Shown: in pieces, positions 61,362 to 64,000 of the stretch
Position numbering within the stretch: the first letter of the stretch is position 1
How the letters are laid out: each line of letters begins with the position of its first letter
Source of the DNA: Paraphysomonas bandaiensis
Lineage: Eukaryota; Protista; Chrysophyceae
DNA: 64,000 nucleotides
Reading direction: 5' to 3'
Assembly (NCBI GenBank): GCA_965644295.1
Contig: CBFFRP010000165.1
Coordinates: 1 to 64,000 of the forward strand
Translations under genes and position numbers: made by a program
The notes under the pieces: model-generated
The model's input: only the letters and a program-made list of their open reading frames with translations
The model's database searches: none
What the model was told of the DNA's origin: nothing

Positions 61362-61455
61362 GGAGGGTATTCCCGTTATGTTAAGAGCATATCTCTCTGC
61401 TGGTACTTGTTTTCACTGTGATGTGGTAGAGTCCTTCTTAACTATCAATCTTCAT

Positions 61456-64000
61456 ATGTCTAGTTTTGGGCCAGTGAAGAGATCTCCCCCCAAACGAAAA
61501 CCCTTTGTATCAACCACTAAGAGAGTTCATACCTTCGGTGTCCCTCCTCCTCTCCCTCCTGTTGTCCCTCACAGCCCCGCCCCTCCTCCTGTGATCGATA
61601 ACAATGAACCACCAGTTGATGAGCCACTCAGAGTACAGACAGCTGTACGTAAGCCACAAGAATATTCTATGAATCCAGCGAATTACTTAAAACTACAGCT
61701 ACAGACTGTCAGATGGCTGAACTTATCAACTGCTTTATGGTCTATGATTGCAGTGGATGCGAATAGAGTTGTAGAGAAGGAATCATTGGGTAATTTTGTG
61801 ATGGCGATGATGTGGCGTGTTCATGGGACTGTTACGGAGGAAGAGTTCACAGAGTTGTATCTTGAGTGGATTGGGAAAGTATCGTCCAAACCACGCCCTG
61901 TCTCTGCTTGTGCAAATGGTGTGTTCATGATGCGCGATATTCTTTTGGAACAGGGCGTTACTGAGGAGAATCTTGATATACTTATTGGCATGACAATATT
62001 CGAGGTCAATCGTAGGTTGCTGTATACTCCACTCAACTTCCACTTGCACAATGACGAAGCATCCCAACGACCGTCGTTGGAAACCTGCTCGAACCGTTGG
62101 CTTTCTCTAAGTGAAGAGCTGTTTTTCATGCTAGATACACCAGGGTATGGTCATCTAGAATTCGATGAAATGTTTTTCTTGTCGGCGTGCATGGTGTTGG
62201 CTAAGCATGAGTGGCTGGATGAGGCCGGTGCGGAGCGGAGGCTATCTGTTTCTTCGCTATGTGCGGTAACTGTGCAACTGATGAGGAATGCTGGAGCAGT
62301 AGTCTGCGTCTACACAGGTAAAGAGGCTGGTGACGATGATAGGTTGAGTACTGCGGAAGTATCAGAGGAGGAACTTGCTGTTCCCCCACCTCCAGAATCG
62401 TATATTTCGCCTCGGCATCCCCTCTCGGATTCTTTCTCTCGACCCAGCCAGCCCACTCAGTACGACTCATCTGGTCATAGGATCTACCGTTCCTTCGTTC
62501 CAGCTGAATCTTCCGGAGACAGTAGCTATGCAGCTGATCACACAACACATGCTTCGCCCTCTCGAACTCCTGCAAGCGTGAATACCGCACCCCCACCACC
62601 CTCTGGTAGTTCTGTGGTGACCTTGCCTATGTTTAAGACACTTCTTCTTTCTTGTGGAATTGGGGAAGGTGGTATTTTGTCGCTAATATCTCTAGTGAAG
62701 CAGTGCTGTAATAATGTGGCATCACTCTGCTGCGACAAGGGCGTGGAAGGAATATACCGGGCGTGCAGCATGTATGGGGGTGGAGCAAGGGGCGGGAACA
62801 TTGGTCCCCCTAAGTTATGGCACCACTGTGTTTTCTCTGTTTCTGGGCACCCTGTTCCCTCAGCCGGTGATCGAGGTACTTCTCCAAAGTCGCCTTTATT
62901 ACTCTACCTCCTCAGTGATGCGGCAACTGAGATATCGGCAGTCTGGACAGCTGCCCCAATGCCAGAAGCAGCTGACGCAGGATCCTCTAATACGTTCACT
63001 GATCCACAGGGAAATGTAAAATCTCGACACAATCTCGAGTCAGACCAAGAGCTCCTCCTGCATGCTACCACGTTAAGGCTGTGGGAGGGATATTCACACT
63101 GGGGCGAAAGCATTACTTCTCAACCTTCCTCCTCTTTGGCTAGAGCTCGGCGAGACTCAGTGTACCAGCTTATTATGTCTTTGCTGGCGGAGTATAAGTC
63201 CTCGTTATTATTGCTAAGCGCGGCTCTAGTAGATATAGCGATGGATGAGTTCTCTACTGGAGCTAATATTCTGGGAGCTGGGAGAAACTCTGCTGTGGGT
63301 GTCGCATCTTCAGCCCTCCTTCCTGATGACTCGGACTGTGATGAGGTTTGTCGGGAGATATTTCTTGAATCAGAAGAGGCACACCCTCCACCTTATGTGG
63401 ATATGTCCACTGAGAATGAGCCTGCCAACATTCTCAGTGAAATAGAAGTGACAGATAGCGACAAAAACCCACATTTTGCTCAACATGTGGTTGATGTCAG
63501 TGGGCCGACCAGTGTTCGCGACATTGATCGATATGATAGCGAAGCGTCTTGCGGCGCAGGTGATGGGCGAGGGAAAGATTTTTTAAATGTTAATGCTGAT
63601 CGTACTGATGAGCGAGAAAACGTTCAAGGTAAACTGTTTAGATATCATAATGATTTATCTGCTGTGACACGTATTTGTAGACCAAGCGAATATGCATTCT
63701 GAAAGCCAGATTTCTTCCCCTGTGTATATACCTCTAGAAAAATTAGAAAATTCGGACTTTGCGCTTTGGCTAAACAAGCATCAGCGCCGTACTAATTCGG
63801 TAGACGACAAAGTGTGGGATGATGAAACGGAAAACGCGATTCAGCGTGCCGTTTGGGCTACTGTATTTGACACAAAGTCGACAGTTTCGCGTGGGCCACA
63901 ATCATCAGCGAGGTCCCATGAAAAAGAGAATGGAACCACAAGAAGGGGAACGTCCACACCTTCATATGACGTAGGCAGTAGTACCAATACACCATACTCA
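61456..64000 (+). CDS. Large hypothetical protein with Pro-rich N-terminus and one EF-hand-like motif; runs off the window end
   Basis: Long ORF downstream of the microsatellite (ATG 61456, alternative 61378); LFFMLDTPGYGHLEFDEMF; probable GT-AG intron ~63629-63680, then coding-like sequence continues. Confidence 0.7.

Noticed and set aside
60339-61455. Repeat ORFs and the YIHT N-terminus of the 1097-aa ORF
   Set aside because: Microsatellite read-through; the real start is probably 61456 (or 61378)

Overview
Gene-dense eukaryotic nuclear DNA with many very short (~45-100 nt) spliceosomal introns. It is probably a flagellated stramenopile/ochrophyte-type protist (inference from CFAP299, type III glutamine synthetase, bacterial-type glucokinase and CCT genes). 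The left ~41 kb holds about 13 single-copy genes in strictly alternating orientation: eRF3, TOP3A, CFAP299, a hypothetical gene, a sulfotransferase-like gene, DHX33-like helicase, a YHYH-DUF4239 fusion, an FkbM methyltransferase, a GNPTAB-like Stealth phosphotransferase, an alpha/beta hydrolase, a PX-WW-J-domain protein, glucokinase and a CCT protein. The right ~23 kb is a rearranged, repeat-rich accessory block. It contains three almost identical intronless GSIII genes, a second inverted CCT gene copy, a perfect 38-bp minisatellite, an orphan ORF and small non-autonomous TIR elements. Several miniature DNA transposons have recognisable TIRs and target-site duplications. One 216-bp hAT-like element has captured the zinc-knuckle end of the neighbouring TOP3A gene. 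The very long Y-I-H-T / M-Y-V-C ORFs are translations of (CATA)n microsatellites. All family assignments come from recognising motifs by eye; no database searches were run.
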